This document shows, in pieces, positions 47,045 through 56,720 of a stretch of 64,000 nucleotides of DNA. The notes beneath the pieces were generated by a model, which made no database searches, had not been told where the DNA came from, and saw only the letters and a list, made by a program, of their open reading frames with translations. Positions within the stretch are counted from its first letter, which is position 1. Every line of letters starts with the position of its first letter. The stretch lies in contig CAYXJN010000003.1 of NCBI GenBank assembly GCA_964464605.1, positions 186,001 to 250,000 of the forward strand, read 5' to 3'. Source of the DNA: an uncultured Ignavibacteriales bacterium. Its GTDB lineage: Bacteria > Zixibacteria > MSB-5A5 > GN15 > FEB-12. Made by a program: the position numbers and the translations under genes.

Positions 47045-48937
47045 ATGCCCAATGTTAATTGCCTCAAACAACCAACAGCAGTTGCTCTGATTTCACTCGT
47101 GACACTGCTTCTTTTTGTGGTAGCGGCACCGACCGCTTCTGCGATTACCTTCACCAAAGTCAGTACCGGCCCGGTGGCCACCGACAGCGGTGATTCCCGA
47201 AGTGTCAACTTCATAGACTACGACAATGACGGGAACCTCGATCTACACATCACCAACGGTCCGCAGCTTGGTGCAAAGGCATTTTTGTACCGCGGTAACG
47301 GAGATGGAACGTTTACTAAAATCACCAATGACACCTTAGTCAATACGGTTGCTGCCGCCGACGGCGCAACCTGGGCTGATTACGATAACGATGGTGATAT
47401 GGATTGTTTCGTTGCTACCTGGTGGAATCAGAAGAACCCATTTTTTACCAACAACGGCGACGGCACCTTCAGCCGTGTAGGCACCGGAACGATAGCTACG
47501 GAAAATACCTATTCAGAAGCTGCCTCATGGGGGGATTACGATCAGGATGGGTTTTTAGATATTTACATTTGCAACAGTGCTGCCGTTTTACAAAACCCGT
47601 TTTATCGCAACAACGGGGATGGCACTTTCACTAAGATTACTACCGGGCCACAGTCAACCGACGGCGGTAAGTCCCGTGTCGGAATCTGGGGAGATTATGA
47701 CGGCGACAATGATATCGACCTGTTCGTTGCCAACGAAGACAATCAAAACGACAACTTTTACCGAAACGAAGGGGACGGCACCTTTTTTAAAATAACCGGG
47801 ATGCCGCCGGCGAATGGCGGTCGGAGTTCTTTCAGCGCCAGTTGGGGGGATATTGATAATGATCTCGATCTTGATTTGTTAGTCGCTAACTGGGGACAGG
47901 ATGAACAGCTCTACATCAACAATGGTGACGGCACTTTCACTCCGCGCAGCAGCGGCGACCCGATTGATGATGCCGGATTTTCCGTCAGCAGTTCATTCGC
48001 CGATATCGACAATGACGGCGATCTCGACCTGTTCATCACTAACGCATTCAATGACCAATTTGATTTTGATTTTCTTTATTATAATGATGGCGCCGGAAAC
48101 TTTACGCGCGACGTGACCGATACAGTCACGACCGATCCGGGCTGGTCATACGGATGCGCCTTCGGTGATATCGACAAGGATGGTGATTTAGATCTTGCCG
48201 TCGCTAAATGCTTCAATGCGAATGAAAAAAACTCACTTTTCATTAATAACGGCAACAGCAACCACTGGATTAGCATTACCTGCCGCGGCGTGCAAAGCAA
48301 CCGCTCCGGTATCGGTGCTGTCGTGAAAGTCAAAGCGGCAATTGATGGTGTTACTCCAATCTGGCAGATGCGGCAGATTACCAGCCAATCAGGATATGCC
48401 GGACAGAATAGTATCGATGCACATTTCGGCCTGGGTCTTGCGACAAGCGTAGATTCAATGATTATCACCTGGCCGAGCGGGTACGTGACGACTCAGGCTA
48501 ATATGAGCGTTGATTCCTTCTTTACTATCGACGAATGTCCAAACGTTGATCCGGATGGGGACGGCAAAATCTGTATCGACAACTGCCCGTCCGTAGCCAA
48601 CCCGAACCAGGCGGATACCGATCTTGACGGTGTCGGCGATCTCTGCGACAACTGTCCGGATGACCCGAACCCGGGGCAGGAAGATTCAGATTTTGATAAC
48701 ATTGGTGACGCCTGCGAATCCTGCTGCGTCGGCACCCGCGGCAATGCGAATGGAATCGGCAATATTACCGTCGCAGATTTGACTTTCTTAGTTCAATTCT
48801 TATTCAATGGCGGCCCCACTCCACCATGTTTGGAAGAAGCAAACATAAACGGCATTGGCGGTATAACGGTGCAGGACCTTGTCTACCTGGTCAGCCATTT
48901 ATTCAATAGCGGCCCTACCCCGCCAGCCTGCCCGTGA
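47045..48937 (+). CDS. Secreted FG-GAP/CRTAC1 (ASPIC-UnbV) protein with TSP3 repeats and a dockerin-like C-terminal tag
   Basis: Signal peptide; seven D[YI]DxDG/NxDL blades; [13 protein letters not shown] (UnbV); DNCP...NP.Q.D.D.D..GD repeats; [11 protein letters not shown]...LF.GGP.P.C. AAGGAG RBS. Confidence 0.9.
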   Translation: MPNVNCLKQPTAVALISLVTLLLFVVAAPTASAITFTKVSTGPVATDSGDSRSVNFIDYDNDGNLDLHITNGPQLGAKAFLYRGNGDGTFTKITNDTLVNTVAAADGATWADYDNDGDMDCFVATWWNQKNPFFTNNGDGTFSRVGTGTIATENTYSEAASWGDYDQDGFLDIYICNSAAVLQNPFYRNNGDGTFTKITTGPQSTDGGKSRVGIWGDYDGDNDIDLFVANEDNQNDNFYRNEGDGTFFKITGMPPANGGRSSFSASWGDIDNDLDLDLLVANWGQDEQLYINNGDGTFTPRSSGDPIDDAGFSVSSSFADIDNDGDLDLFITNAFNDQFDFDFLYYNDGAGNFTRDVTDTVTTDPGWSYGCAFGDIDKDGDLDLAVAKCFNANEKNSLFINNGNSNHWISITCRGVQSNRSGIGAVVKVKAAIDGVTPIWQMRQITSQSGYAGQNSIDAHFGLGLATSVDSMIITWPSGYVTTQANMSVDSFFTIDECPNVDPDGDGKICIDNCPSVANPNQADTDLDGVGDLCDNCPDDPNPGQEDSDFDNIGDACESCCVGTRGNANGIGNITVADLTFLVQFLFNGGPTPPCLEEANINGIGGITVQDLVYLVSHLFNSGPTPPACP

Positions 48938-48976
48938 TAACACGTATTTGATATTACCTTTACCGCTCTGAGATAG

Positions 48977-49009
48977 AAAAAGTAAGCAACTTAGTTGCTT
49001 ACTTTTTTT
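48977..49009. terminator. Bidirectional terminator overlapping the 3' end of the symporter gene
   Basis: AAAAAGTAAGCAAC-TTA-GTTGCTTACTTTTT. The symporter stop codon forms the loop. Confidence 0.75.
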
Positions 49010-50364
49010 GTAAAGAATCCGACCGCAACAAAAGCGACAAACGCCGCCGCAACCGAGCTTAAAAACGGCGCATCAAGCTCCATGAATTGTTCACCTGCAA
49101 TAAGCATGACCACACCACCTATCAAAGCAGCAAGCGCTGCCCACTGACCGCCGAATCGGGTGAACAGACCGAACATCGTAATCACTAACACACCCGATCC
49201 ACCAAGGCTTGATGCAAATTCGACGAGAGAAAGAATACTGTCGGATGAAATCGCGACGAAAAAGGCTATGCCACCCGCGATAGCGACGCACAATCGCGCT
49301 AACCGAACTTTTCCCATTTCTGAAGTTATCCGTATCATTGGACTGATAACATTGTGCGAGGCCAATGACCCAACCGCAAGCAATGCGCTGTCGACTGTAG
49401 AAAGCATTGCCGACACCAATGCACCCGCAAAGAGAACATATAAGAAGGTATGCAAGTGCTGGCGTGCGATAGCCGGAAGCAATTGCTCCGGATCTTCAAG
49501 TCCCGGGACTAACTGCGGACCGATAAGACCGAGCAAAAGCGGCAGTGTGCCGACGAGCAGATACATCAAGGCAGCTACAAGCGAAGCATTACGGGCAACG
49601 GCAGGAGAACGTGAAGACATTACCCGCGATGCCAGCTCCTGCGAAACAAGCGACCCCATAATCGGTATCATCCAGGCATTCAGCTGCGTCCAGATACTTC
49701 TGTCTTCCGATGAAGCAAAGCTGAGCCGTTCCGGGGAAATCATGTCGATCGTTGCCGAAACGCCGCCTAAACTGACTACGGTTATGACAAGTAATAATCC
49801 CAATCCAATAATGATTGCAATCCCCTGAACAAAATCAGTGATAACATCGGCACGTAACCCGCCAACAACCGTGTAGGCAATAACGATAAAAGCTGCGATT
49901 CCCATCGCCGTAGCAGCGGTCATGTCCGATGAAGCTGCAATCACCTGTCCGAATGCGCGGATCTGCGCGGCCGCCCAAATAAGCGAGGTGGGAATCATCA
50001 GGATTGCCGCTGCCCGCTCAACGTTGTTTCCGAAACGCTGGCGGAATAAATCAGCGAGGGTGACATAGCCCCCTTTCCACAATGGTGCCGCCAAAATCAA
50101 TCCGGCAAGAATCAAACAAATCGTATACCCAAACGGATCGGAACGGCTGCCGGCAAGCCCTTCACTATATATTGCGCCGGACGAACCCAAACAGGTTTCG
50201 GCACCGAACCAAGTAGCGAAGACTGAAAAGGTAGCCATCGTCATGCCGAAACTGCGACCAGCGAGAAAATAATCCTCCTCGTTTCGGATTTTTCTAACGA
50301 GTACCGCGCCGATGACAAACTGAAAGACGATATAACCGAAAATACCGACTAATTCCCAATTCAT
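48991..50364 (-). CDS. Sodium:solute symporter family protein
   Basis: DYFLAGRS, ATWFGAE, YTVVGGLRADVITDFVQ and SAMLSTVDS. About 13 TM helices. Confidence 0.93.
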   Translation of the reverse strand: MNWELVGIFGYIVFQFVIGAVLVRKIRNEEDYFLAGRSFGMTMATFSVFATWFGAETCLGSSGAIYSEGLAGSRSDPFGYTICLILAGLILAAPLWKGGYVTLADLFRQRFGNNVERAAAILMIPTSLIWAAAQIRAFGQVIAASSDMTAATAMGIAAFIVIAYTVVGGLRADVITDFVQGIAIIIGLGLLLVITVVSLGGVSATIDMISPERLSFASSEDRSIWTQLNAWMIPIMGSLVSQELASRVMSSRSPAVARNASLVAALMYLLVGTLPLLLGLIGPQLVPGLEDPEQLLPAIARQHLHTFLYVLFAGALVSAMLSTVDSALLAVGSLASHNVISPMIRITSEMGKVRLARLCVAIAGGIAFFVAISSDSILSLVEFASSLGGSGVLVITMFGLFTRFGGQWAALAALIGGVVMLIAGEQFMELDAPFLSSVAAAFVAFVAVGFFTKKVSN

Positions 50365-50420
50365 GGGACAATGATGCTATGATAAACGGTGAGTTGTAAA
50401 GTTTGAGTAATCGAGCAGGA

Positions 50421-51155
50421 TTACAAACGTGCAAATTTAGTGAAAATCGGAAACTCAACGAGTCGTGTTGTCTCCGGCTTCCCCCACGCTTTCGCTAAAT
50501 CTGCGGCAATAATAGCGACCGGGTGGCTCCCATGCTGTTTTTCATACACAGTGGCTGGAGAAAAACTGCGGAAAAAACCGATCAAGTTTTCAAGCTGCCA
50601 TTCCATCCGACACGCGAAAACCGGAGTCTGGATTTCCGTAAACGGAAACAGCAATGTTCGATAGTTACAACGGCCATGATACGTTTCCGGCGACCAATAC
50701 TTGTCAAGAATATCAAAATAATACCGTTTTACCAGTTCATCGATCGTCGGATTGATAGTCGGCACATAGTACGCCCAAATCGCAATCGCTCCACCCGGCC
50801 GTATAACTCTGCGAACCTCGGTATAAAATTTCTCCGTAGCAAACCAATGTGCGGCTGTTGCAACTGTTACTAAATTGATTGCCTTATCCGGCAAGCCGGA
50901 TGATTCTGCAGGAGCGGCATAGTAGGTGATGTTTGGCCTGGTAATCGCGTGTTCTATCTGCTGCGGGCTGACATCTGTTGCCGTTACCTGCTTGAAATAC
51001 CCGGCGAGTTTAACCGCTGCCTGCCCGTTGCCAGTGCCGACATCAAGAGCGTGGTCATGCTCATGTACTAATCCGGCAACGTAGGCAAACAACTCATCCG
51101 GATAGTCCGGGCGATATTTGCGATACGTTTCAGCAATGCTTGAAAAAAGACTCAT
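50421..51155 (-). CDS. Class I SAM-dependent methyltransferase
   Basis: YRKYRPDYP, LDVGTGNGQ and ATAAHWF. ATG at 51155. Confidence 0.9.
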   Translation of the reverse strand: MSLFSSIAETYRKYRPDYPDELFAYVAGLVHEHDHALDVGTGNGQAAVKLAGYFKQVTATDVSPQQIEHAITRPNITYYAAPAESSGLPDKAINLVTVATAAHWFATEKFYTEVRRVIRPGGAIAIWAYYVPTINPTIDELVKRYYFDILDKYWSPETYHGRCNYRTLLFPFTEIQTPVFACRMEWQLENLIGFFRSFSPATVYEKQHGSHPVAIIAADLAKAWGKPETTRLVEFPIFTKFARL

Positions 51156-51165
51156 AGTCTGTGTA

Positions 51166-51876
51166 TTACACACCACCGTACACCGGCACCGTCGCGCCGG
51201 AAATATCTTTGGAGGCATCTGACGAAAGAAAGAGAATCGTCTGCGCTAATGATTCCGGTTTCACCCATTTGGAAAAATCGGCTTTGGGCATAGCAGCTCG
51301 GTTTGCTTCGGTATCGATTGTACTTGGAACAATGACATTGGCGCGAACGTGATGCTTTTTCCCCTCCTCCGCGGCTGCATGCGTGAGATTAATCAATGCC
51401 GCTTTTGAGGCACCATATGCCGTAAAATTCCCGCCTCCTTTAAGGCCCAGCGTCGAACCGATAGTGACAATACTGCCGCCGTTTTGTTTTAACAACGGCA
51501 TCGCTTGTTGAATACAATAGTAGGCAGACTTGCAATTAAGGGTGAACATTTTGTCCCATTCCGTTTCCGGAGTTTCCTCTACCGCATGACCGCCGGCAAA
51601 TCCACCGGCTAAACAGACAAGGCTATCCAGACGCCCATGATTCTTTTTTACCCGTTCGAACAACCCAGCAACTTCTTTAGACGAGAACAGATCGACTTTT
51701 TCAAACGTGCAGGCAGTGCTGTTGACGACCTGCTCGACTTTTTTTCGTTCTTCTTCTATAATGTACGTTACTATTACCTTGGCGCCGGATTTGACGAATG
51801 CTGCAGTTACTGCTGTACCAAGCGCGCCGGTACCACCGGTTATTACTACTGTTTTACTGAACAAATCGTTACTCAT
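51166..51876 (-). CDS. Short-chain dehydrogenase/reductase
   Basis: ITGGTGALG, YGASK and PSTIDT. Confidence 0.92.
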   Translation of the reverse strand: MSNDLFSKTVVITGGTGALGTAVTAAFVKSGAKVIVTYIIEEERKKVEQVVNSTACTFEKVDLFSSKEVAGLFERVKKNHGRLDSLVCLAGGFAGGHAVEETPETEWDKMFTLNCKSAYYCIQQAMPLLKQNGGSIVTIGSTLGLKGGGNFTAYGASKAALINLTHAAAEEGKKHHVRANVIVPSTIDTEANRAAMPKADFSKWVKPESLAQTILFLSSDASKDISGATVPVYGGV

Positions 51877-51887
51877 ACCGTATTCCT

Positions 51888-52712
51888 TTACTCAATATCA
51901 AATATCTGCTGAATTTGTGGTGCGCCATATTCCGCCCGGGCGCCATACGCTTTTATATTGGGCGTGATTGCCTTCTCTCCGGAGCTATGGGTATGTCCGT
52001 ACAATACGGTCAGTTGTCGGTTAGGGTAGTTTTCCATAATCCGCTTTAACATATCCCCAACAACCTGACTGGCAAAATGGGGCAGGAAATCATCATTGGT
52101 CATCATCCCCTTAAACCAGCAGGCTTCTTTAAATGGAGGAACATGAGTCACGACAATTACGTGCTCAAACTTTTCGAGCGCAGAGGGAAGCACCCGCTCA
52201 AAATGCGCCGCCGCTTCTCCGGCTAATCGCTGCATAACTGACAGACGGTATTCTTTCGATTTGACCGATAACCGATCACCGTCGATAGCTGACGGATAAA
52301 ACTCTTCAATCAATAAATGATCGTTCATCAACACTGGTGATACCGCATAATTACCAAACCGCCCATCCGCCCACCCGTCATGGCCGATGATTGCCGTAGT
52401 TTTAGTCAGTGGGATTTCATTAACCGAACTCAAATAAACCAATTTGCTGTTATCGGTGAATGATGCCAATTGTGTGCGTAGTCCGGCCACGGAACCGTGA
52501 TAATAATCATGATTTCCCAGCACGAAAAAGATCGGACGTTCAACTGCTTGTGATAAGGTTTGTAAATACCCGGCAACTGTAGGAGCCTCGCCGATATCCC
52601 CGCTGATAACAAGTAAATCCGGTTGGGCGGCAACCAACTCGTTATAAAACGCAGTTAACTGCTCTCCCCCCAGAAAATTCAGATGAATATCGCTCAACCA
52701 CAAAAGACGCAT
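51888..52712 (-). CDS. Calcineurin-like metallophosphoesterase
   Basis: SDIH, SGDI, GNHD, THVPP and GHTH. ATG at 52712. Confidence 0.9.
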   Translation of the reverse strand: MRLLWLSDIHLNFLGGEQLTAFYNELVAAQPDLLVISGDIGEAPTVAGYLQTLSQAVERPIFFVLGNHDYYHGSVAGLRTQLASFTDNSKLVYLSSVNEIPLTKTTAIIGHDGWADGRFGNYAVSPVLMNDHLLIEEFYPSAIDGDRLSVKSKEYRLSVMQRLAGEAAAHFERVLPSALEKFEHVIVVTHVPPFKEACWFKGMMTNDDFLPHFASQVVGDMLKRIMENYPNRQLTVLYGHTHSSGEKAITPNIKAYGARAEYGAPQIQQIFDIE

Positions 52713-52808
52713 GTACCCAATGGTACAATAATTTCTCCGGGCAGGCAACCGGTTGAAATCGTCGAAACATACGAGCTAAGCCCCGTTTGAAACTTTTTTT
52801 ACACAACC

Positions 52809-52834
52809 TGCACAGGGCCGGGAAGATTGGCGTC
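52809..52834 (+). promoter_or_regulatory. ECF-sigma-type promoter, copy 1
   Basis: TGCACA-N16-CGTC. The same architecture recurs at 55023-55048. Confidence 0.6.
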
Positions 52835-52894
52835 GTTCTATTGTACTGACTGCAGAAGCTCTATACGGATGAACCAGAAACGGAGGAGGCATCT

Positions 52895-54907
52895 ATGCTT
52901 TCCAAGGTAACCAGTATGTTAACGTCGTTGGTGGTGCTCTTAACCCTACTCACCATCGGGACAACCACTCTCACCTCTCCCTCAACAGGAACACTCACCG
53001 GTCGAGTCACCGATCATGCCACCGGAGAACCGATTTTGGGAGCCTCGGTAATGGTTGTCGGTACAGCACTTGGCGCAAAAACGGACCATAACGGAGAATA
53101 CACTATCAAGAACGTTCCGATAGGGACGTACACGGTAAAAATTACCTATATCGGCTATCAATCCATCGAAGCTGCCTCTGTGCATGTTGGCGCAGATGAA
53201 ACCACCGAACTCAGAAGCTCGATGAAAAAGGGTGATGCTATCGACACTGGTAAGTCAGTTACGGTAAAAGGAACGAAAGATATTATCGACAAATTCGCGA
53301 CTAACAATGAAAAAGCGGTTGCGGCTGAAACAATCAAAAAACAATCCACCACAACTGTCGATCAACTTCTCGAACAAGTTGCCGGAGTGAAAAATGGCAA
53401 GGTAGTGAACGTTAGTCCTAGTCGCGCTCCTGAGACAAATCCACAACCGGCCGATGCCTTACAGCGGAACGAACGCGATAAAAGAGCAGCGCAATCGTAT
53501 GTTTATGAACCGCCGTCTTACTATCACTATCCACCGGATGCCATGTACTTCAAACACTATGGTGAAAACGCTTTTATCAATACGGATGAAGATAATCAAT
53601 CGACCTTTGCGGCCGATGTCGATGATGCCTCTTTCTCGATCACCAAAGGCTATTTGGAAAATGGCGAAATGCCTCCCGATGCCGCAGTGCGCGTGGAAGA
53701 ATTCATCAACCATTTCGATTATCGTTACAAAAACAACGGTGCAAAACCGTTCGGCGTGCATTTGGAAGCAGCTCCATCCCGTTTCGGTAATGGCTTTTTG
53801 CTTCGCGTAGGCATTGCCGGACAAACCATTCCGGAGCAGAAACGAAAACCGGCGAACTTAGTGTTTGTTATCGACGTTTCCGGCTCTATGGAATGGGGTG
53901 GTCGCCTTGAAATGGTTAAGGACGCGCTCCGTTATTTAGTAAATGAACTGACTACGGAAGATGTCGTCGGTATTGTCACCTATAATGACGTCGCAAGAAC
54001 TCGTTTGGAACCGACTTCGGTTGCCAACCGCAGACGTATCCTGCAGGCTATCGATCAACTGAGACCGGGCGGTTCAACCAACGCCGCGGCCGGTATCCGT
54101 ATGGGTTATCAGATGGCGGATGAACAGTTTCAATCAGGGTACACCAACCGCGTTATTCTTTGCTCTGATGGTGTTGCCAATGTCGGCGTAACGGATGCTG
54201 ATGGTATTCTTGCTTCGGTAAAACCGTACATCAAAAAGGGTATTACCATGACTTCCGTCGGCATCGGTATGGGTAACTACAATGACGTTCTTTTAGAACA
54301 ACTGGGTGACAAGGCGAACGGTCATTATGCCTATATCAATACGCTCGACGATGCCCGTAAAATCTTTGTCGAAAATTTGACCGGTACGCTTCAAGTCATC
54401 GCCCGTGATGTCAAAATCCAGCTTGAGTTCAATCCAGCAGTGGTAAGCAGCTATCGCTTGTTAGGATATGAAAACCGGGATGTGGCCGATGAAGATTTCC
54501 GCAATAACAAAGTCGATGGCGGCGAGATAGGCAGCGGACATACCGTTACTGCACTCTACGAGATCAAACTGTACAGCCGTCGCGCAAAAGATGCCGAACT
54601 CGGCCAGTTGGCGATTCGGTACAAACACCCGGAAACAAAACAGGTTGTTGAAATCAGCGAACCGATCGATGAATCGATTATCCACAGCCGATTCAAACAA
54701 AGCAGCGACATGTTCAAACTGGCCGCCTATGCTGCCGAGTTCAGTGAAATTCTTCGCGGTTCATACTGGGCACGTGGGTCATCATTGGATAATCTCCATG
54801 CCGACGTTCTTGCACTAGCAAGCCGAACGGAAGATCCGCAAATAGAAGAACTTGCGACCATGATCGAAATGGCTGACCGAGTTAACTCCGCTCTGGCTGA
54901 ACGATAG
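52895..54907 (+). CDS. Secreted VWA domain protein (YfbK-like) with N-terminal carboxypeptidase-regulatory-like domain
   Basis: GTLTGRVTD..TGEPILGASV; STFAADVDDAS..VRVEEFINHF; MIDAS DVSGS; GSTN; CSDG; YRLLGYENR; DGGEIGSGH. GGAGG RBS. Confidence 0.9.
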   Translation: MLSKVTSMLTSLVVLLTLLTIGTTTLTSPSTGTLTGRVTDHATGEPILGASVMVVGTALGAKTDHNGEYTIKNVPIGTYTVKITYIGYQSIEAASVHVGADETTELRSSMKKGDAIDTGKSVTVKGTKDIIDKFATNNEKAVAAETIKKQSTTTVDQLLEQVAGVKNGKVVNVSPSRAPETNPQPADALQRNERDKRAAQSYVYEPPSYYHYPPDAMYFKHYGENAFINTDEDNQSTFAADVDDASFSITKGYLENGEMPPDAAVRVEEFINHFDYRYKNNGAKPFGVHLEAAPSRFGNGFLLRVGIAGQTIPEQKRKPANLVFVIDVSGSMEWGGRLEMVKDALRYLVNELTTEDVVGIVTYNDVARTRLEPTSVANRRRILQAIDQLRPGGSTNAAAGIRMGYQMADEQFQSGYTNRVILCSDGVANVGVTDADGILASVKPYIKKGITMTSVGIGMGNYNDVLLEQLGDKANGHYAYINTLDDARKIFVENLTGTLQVIARDVKIQLEFNPAVVSSYRLLGYENRDVADEDFRNNKVDGGEIGSGHTVTALYEIKLYSRRAKDAELGQLAIRYKHPETKQVVEISEPIDESIIHSRFKQSSDMFKLAAYAAEFSEILRGSYWARGSSLDNLHADVLALASRTEDPQIEELATMIEMADRVNSALAER

Positions 54908-54938
54908 CCGGACATATAGTTCTCCTTTCAACTCTCTC

Positions 54939-54970
54939 GAAAATGCGGCTTCGGCCGCATTTTCAATTTT
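54939..54970 (+). terminator. Intrinsic terminator
   Basis: GAAAATGCGGC-TTCG-GCCGCATTTTC (cUUCGg loop) followed by a T-rich tail. Confidence 0.8.
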
Positions 54971-55022
54971 TGTCGTATACATATACGAGCTTGCACCCAC
55001 CTTGAGTTTTTTCAAATAATCA

Positions 55023-55048
55023 TGCACATTAGCAGCAAGCGGGTCGTC
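55023..55048 (+). promoter_or_regulatory. ECF-sigma-type promoter, copy 2
   Basis: TGCACA-N16-CGTC, about 50 bp upstream of the TTG start at 55098. Confidence 0.6.
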
Positions 55049-55097
55049 TGAGATATACGGCAATAAACATATCGCGGGAAAAGAGGCATACCACGTC

Positions 55098-56600
55098 TTG
55101 AAACATTTACCTACTAACTTATTTCTGGCAGCAGCTATCTGCTCTGTAGCAATAGGCGCAGCGACGTATGCCTCCCCTAAAACCGGAACAATCACCGGAT
55201 TCATAACGGACTCGGCGACAGGTCAACCGATTTACGGAGCTTCAGTTATTGTACTCGGTAAACCGATAGGCGCCAAAACGGACATAACCGGCATGTACTA
55301 TATCAAAAAAGTTCCGTTAGGTACTTATTCGCTAAAAGCCACCTATATCGGGTACATTTCGGCGACAATAGATTCAGTAACTGTGGATACAAGCAATACA
55401 ATAATACCGAGCACGATGCTGAGAAAAAGCCCTTCAATTTATCCAGAGACAACCATTGTGATTTCATGTAGAAACTACCCAATCGACCGAATCGATTCCG
55501 GTACAAATGATACGGCATTTGATGTATCGATTCCACCGAAGCCAATTAAAACCGTAAATGAATTATGGGAAGAAGTCAAAAAGACAGTCGATGAATCGAA
55601 AAGAAAAATACTGCTCCGCGGCGGCGACACCAGTGAAGTTGCGTACATTCTTTATTTCCCCTTTCCCTACAATCCTGTTGCTGGGTTAGGTGAACAAGTG
55701 CCCGGAGATACCGGAACTATCACCGGATTTGTAACCGATTCGGCCACGGGAAAACCGATTTTCGGTGCATCAGTTATCGTCCTCGGTAAGCCGATGGGGG
55801 CGAAAACGGATATAACCGGTATGTATCATATCAAAAGAGTTCCTTTAGGTACCTATTCGCTAAAAGCCACCTACATTGGGTACCAATCAGCGACAATAGA
55901 TACAGTAACTGTTGCTTCCGATTCGATTGTATCGATCAACATAGCACTGCTCAAAAGCCAAAGTGATAGCGGCAAACTGATCATTTTACGCGGGAAAGCA
56001 GGACGCGAATTCATATACGGTCCAGACTACGAGTTTAAGAAGCCACTTTCATTACCGATACAGCCGAAACATGTAACAACGGTTGACGAACTGTTAACGC
56101 AGATAACTGGCGCCGTTCCGAATGCACCGGGACAAGTATTTGTTCGTGGTAACAAAGCAGGTGAAGTTGCCTACATTATTATCGACAGCCCCTATGCTGG
56201 TTTTCCTTATCCCCTTGGCGGATTTGGAGAACAAGTGGATGCAGGTAAATCCTTAGAAGCAACCCCAGCCAATCTTGGTCCAACAGGTACAATTACCGGG
56301 ACAATAACCGATTCTGCGAATGGAACACCGATTGTTGGCGCGCATGTCTGCGTGTTAGATGCCGCCTTAGGCGGCAAAACCGACTCTTTAGGATTGTATG
56401 TTATTCCGAATGTACCCATCGGCACATATCGCCTTATAGTCGGTACTCCGGATTATGCTGTTTTTGATATGCCCTCTGTTACTGTTGTCAAAGACAGCAC
56501 TATCACTGTTTCCAAAAAACTGCTTAAACGGATGATCGATAACAACACTTTGTTCAAAATCAAAACGATTCCTGATTCTGCAGATACATCATTTCGTTGA
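55098..56600 (+). CDS. Secreted protein with three carboxypeptidase-regulatory-like domains and TonB-plug-like fragments, no beta-barrel
   Basis: Three TGTITG.[IV]TDSA.G.PI.GA.V modules; two LRGG..SEVAYI / VRGN..GEVAYI plug-like motifs; signal peptide. Confidence 0.75.
   Translation: MKHLPTNLFLAAAICSVAIGAATYASPKTGTITGFITDSATGQPIYGASVIVLGKPIGAKTDITGMYYIKKVPLGTYSLKATYIGYISATIDSVTVDTSNTIIPSTMLRKSPSIYPETTIVISCRNYPIDRIDSGTNDTAFDVSIPPKPIKTVNELWEEVKKTVDESKRKILLRGGDTSEVAYILYFPFPYNPVAGLGEQVPGDTGTITGFVTDSATGKPIFGASVIVLGKPMGAKTDITGMYHIKRVPLGTYSLKATYIGYQSATIDTVTVASDSIVSINIALLKSQSDSGKLIILRGKAGREFIYGPDYEFKKPLSLPIQPKHVTTVDELLTQITGAVPNAPGQVFVRGNKAGEVAYIIIDSPYAGFPYPLGGFGEQVDAGKSLEATPANLGPTGTITGTITDSANGTPIVGAHVCVLDAALGGKTDSLGLYVIPNVPIGTYRLIVGTPDYAVFDMPSVTVVKDSTITVSKKLLKRMIDNNTLFKIKTIPDSADTSFR
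55182..55913 (+). repeat. Intragenic direct duplication of ~200 bp, 528-nt offset
   Basis: 55182-55385 and 55710-55913 encode near-identical domains and share e.g. TATTCGCTAAAAGCCACCTA. Confidence 0.85.
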
Positions 56601-56720
56601 CAAAAAAGATCACGAAGTGCTTTCCTGCGAGAAACAAATTATATATATTCTCGCTGTCAGTTATCGTTCACTCGTGCCGGGGATTTAATCAGGGTAGCAC
56701 GTACAACGGAGGAGATTACT

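Noticed and set aside
47200..48720. Recurrent GAYAAYGAYGG-like DNA repeats
   Set aside because: Explained by FG-GAP and TSP3 Ca-binding protein repeats. There is no repeat-spacer structure.
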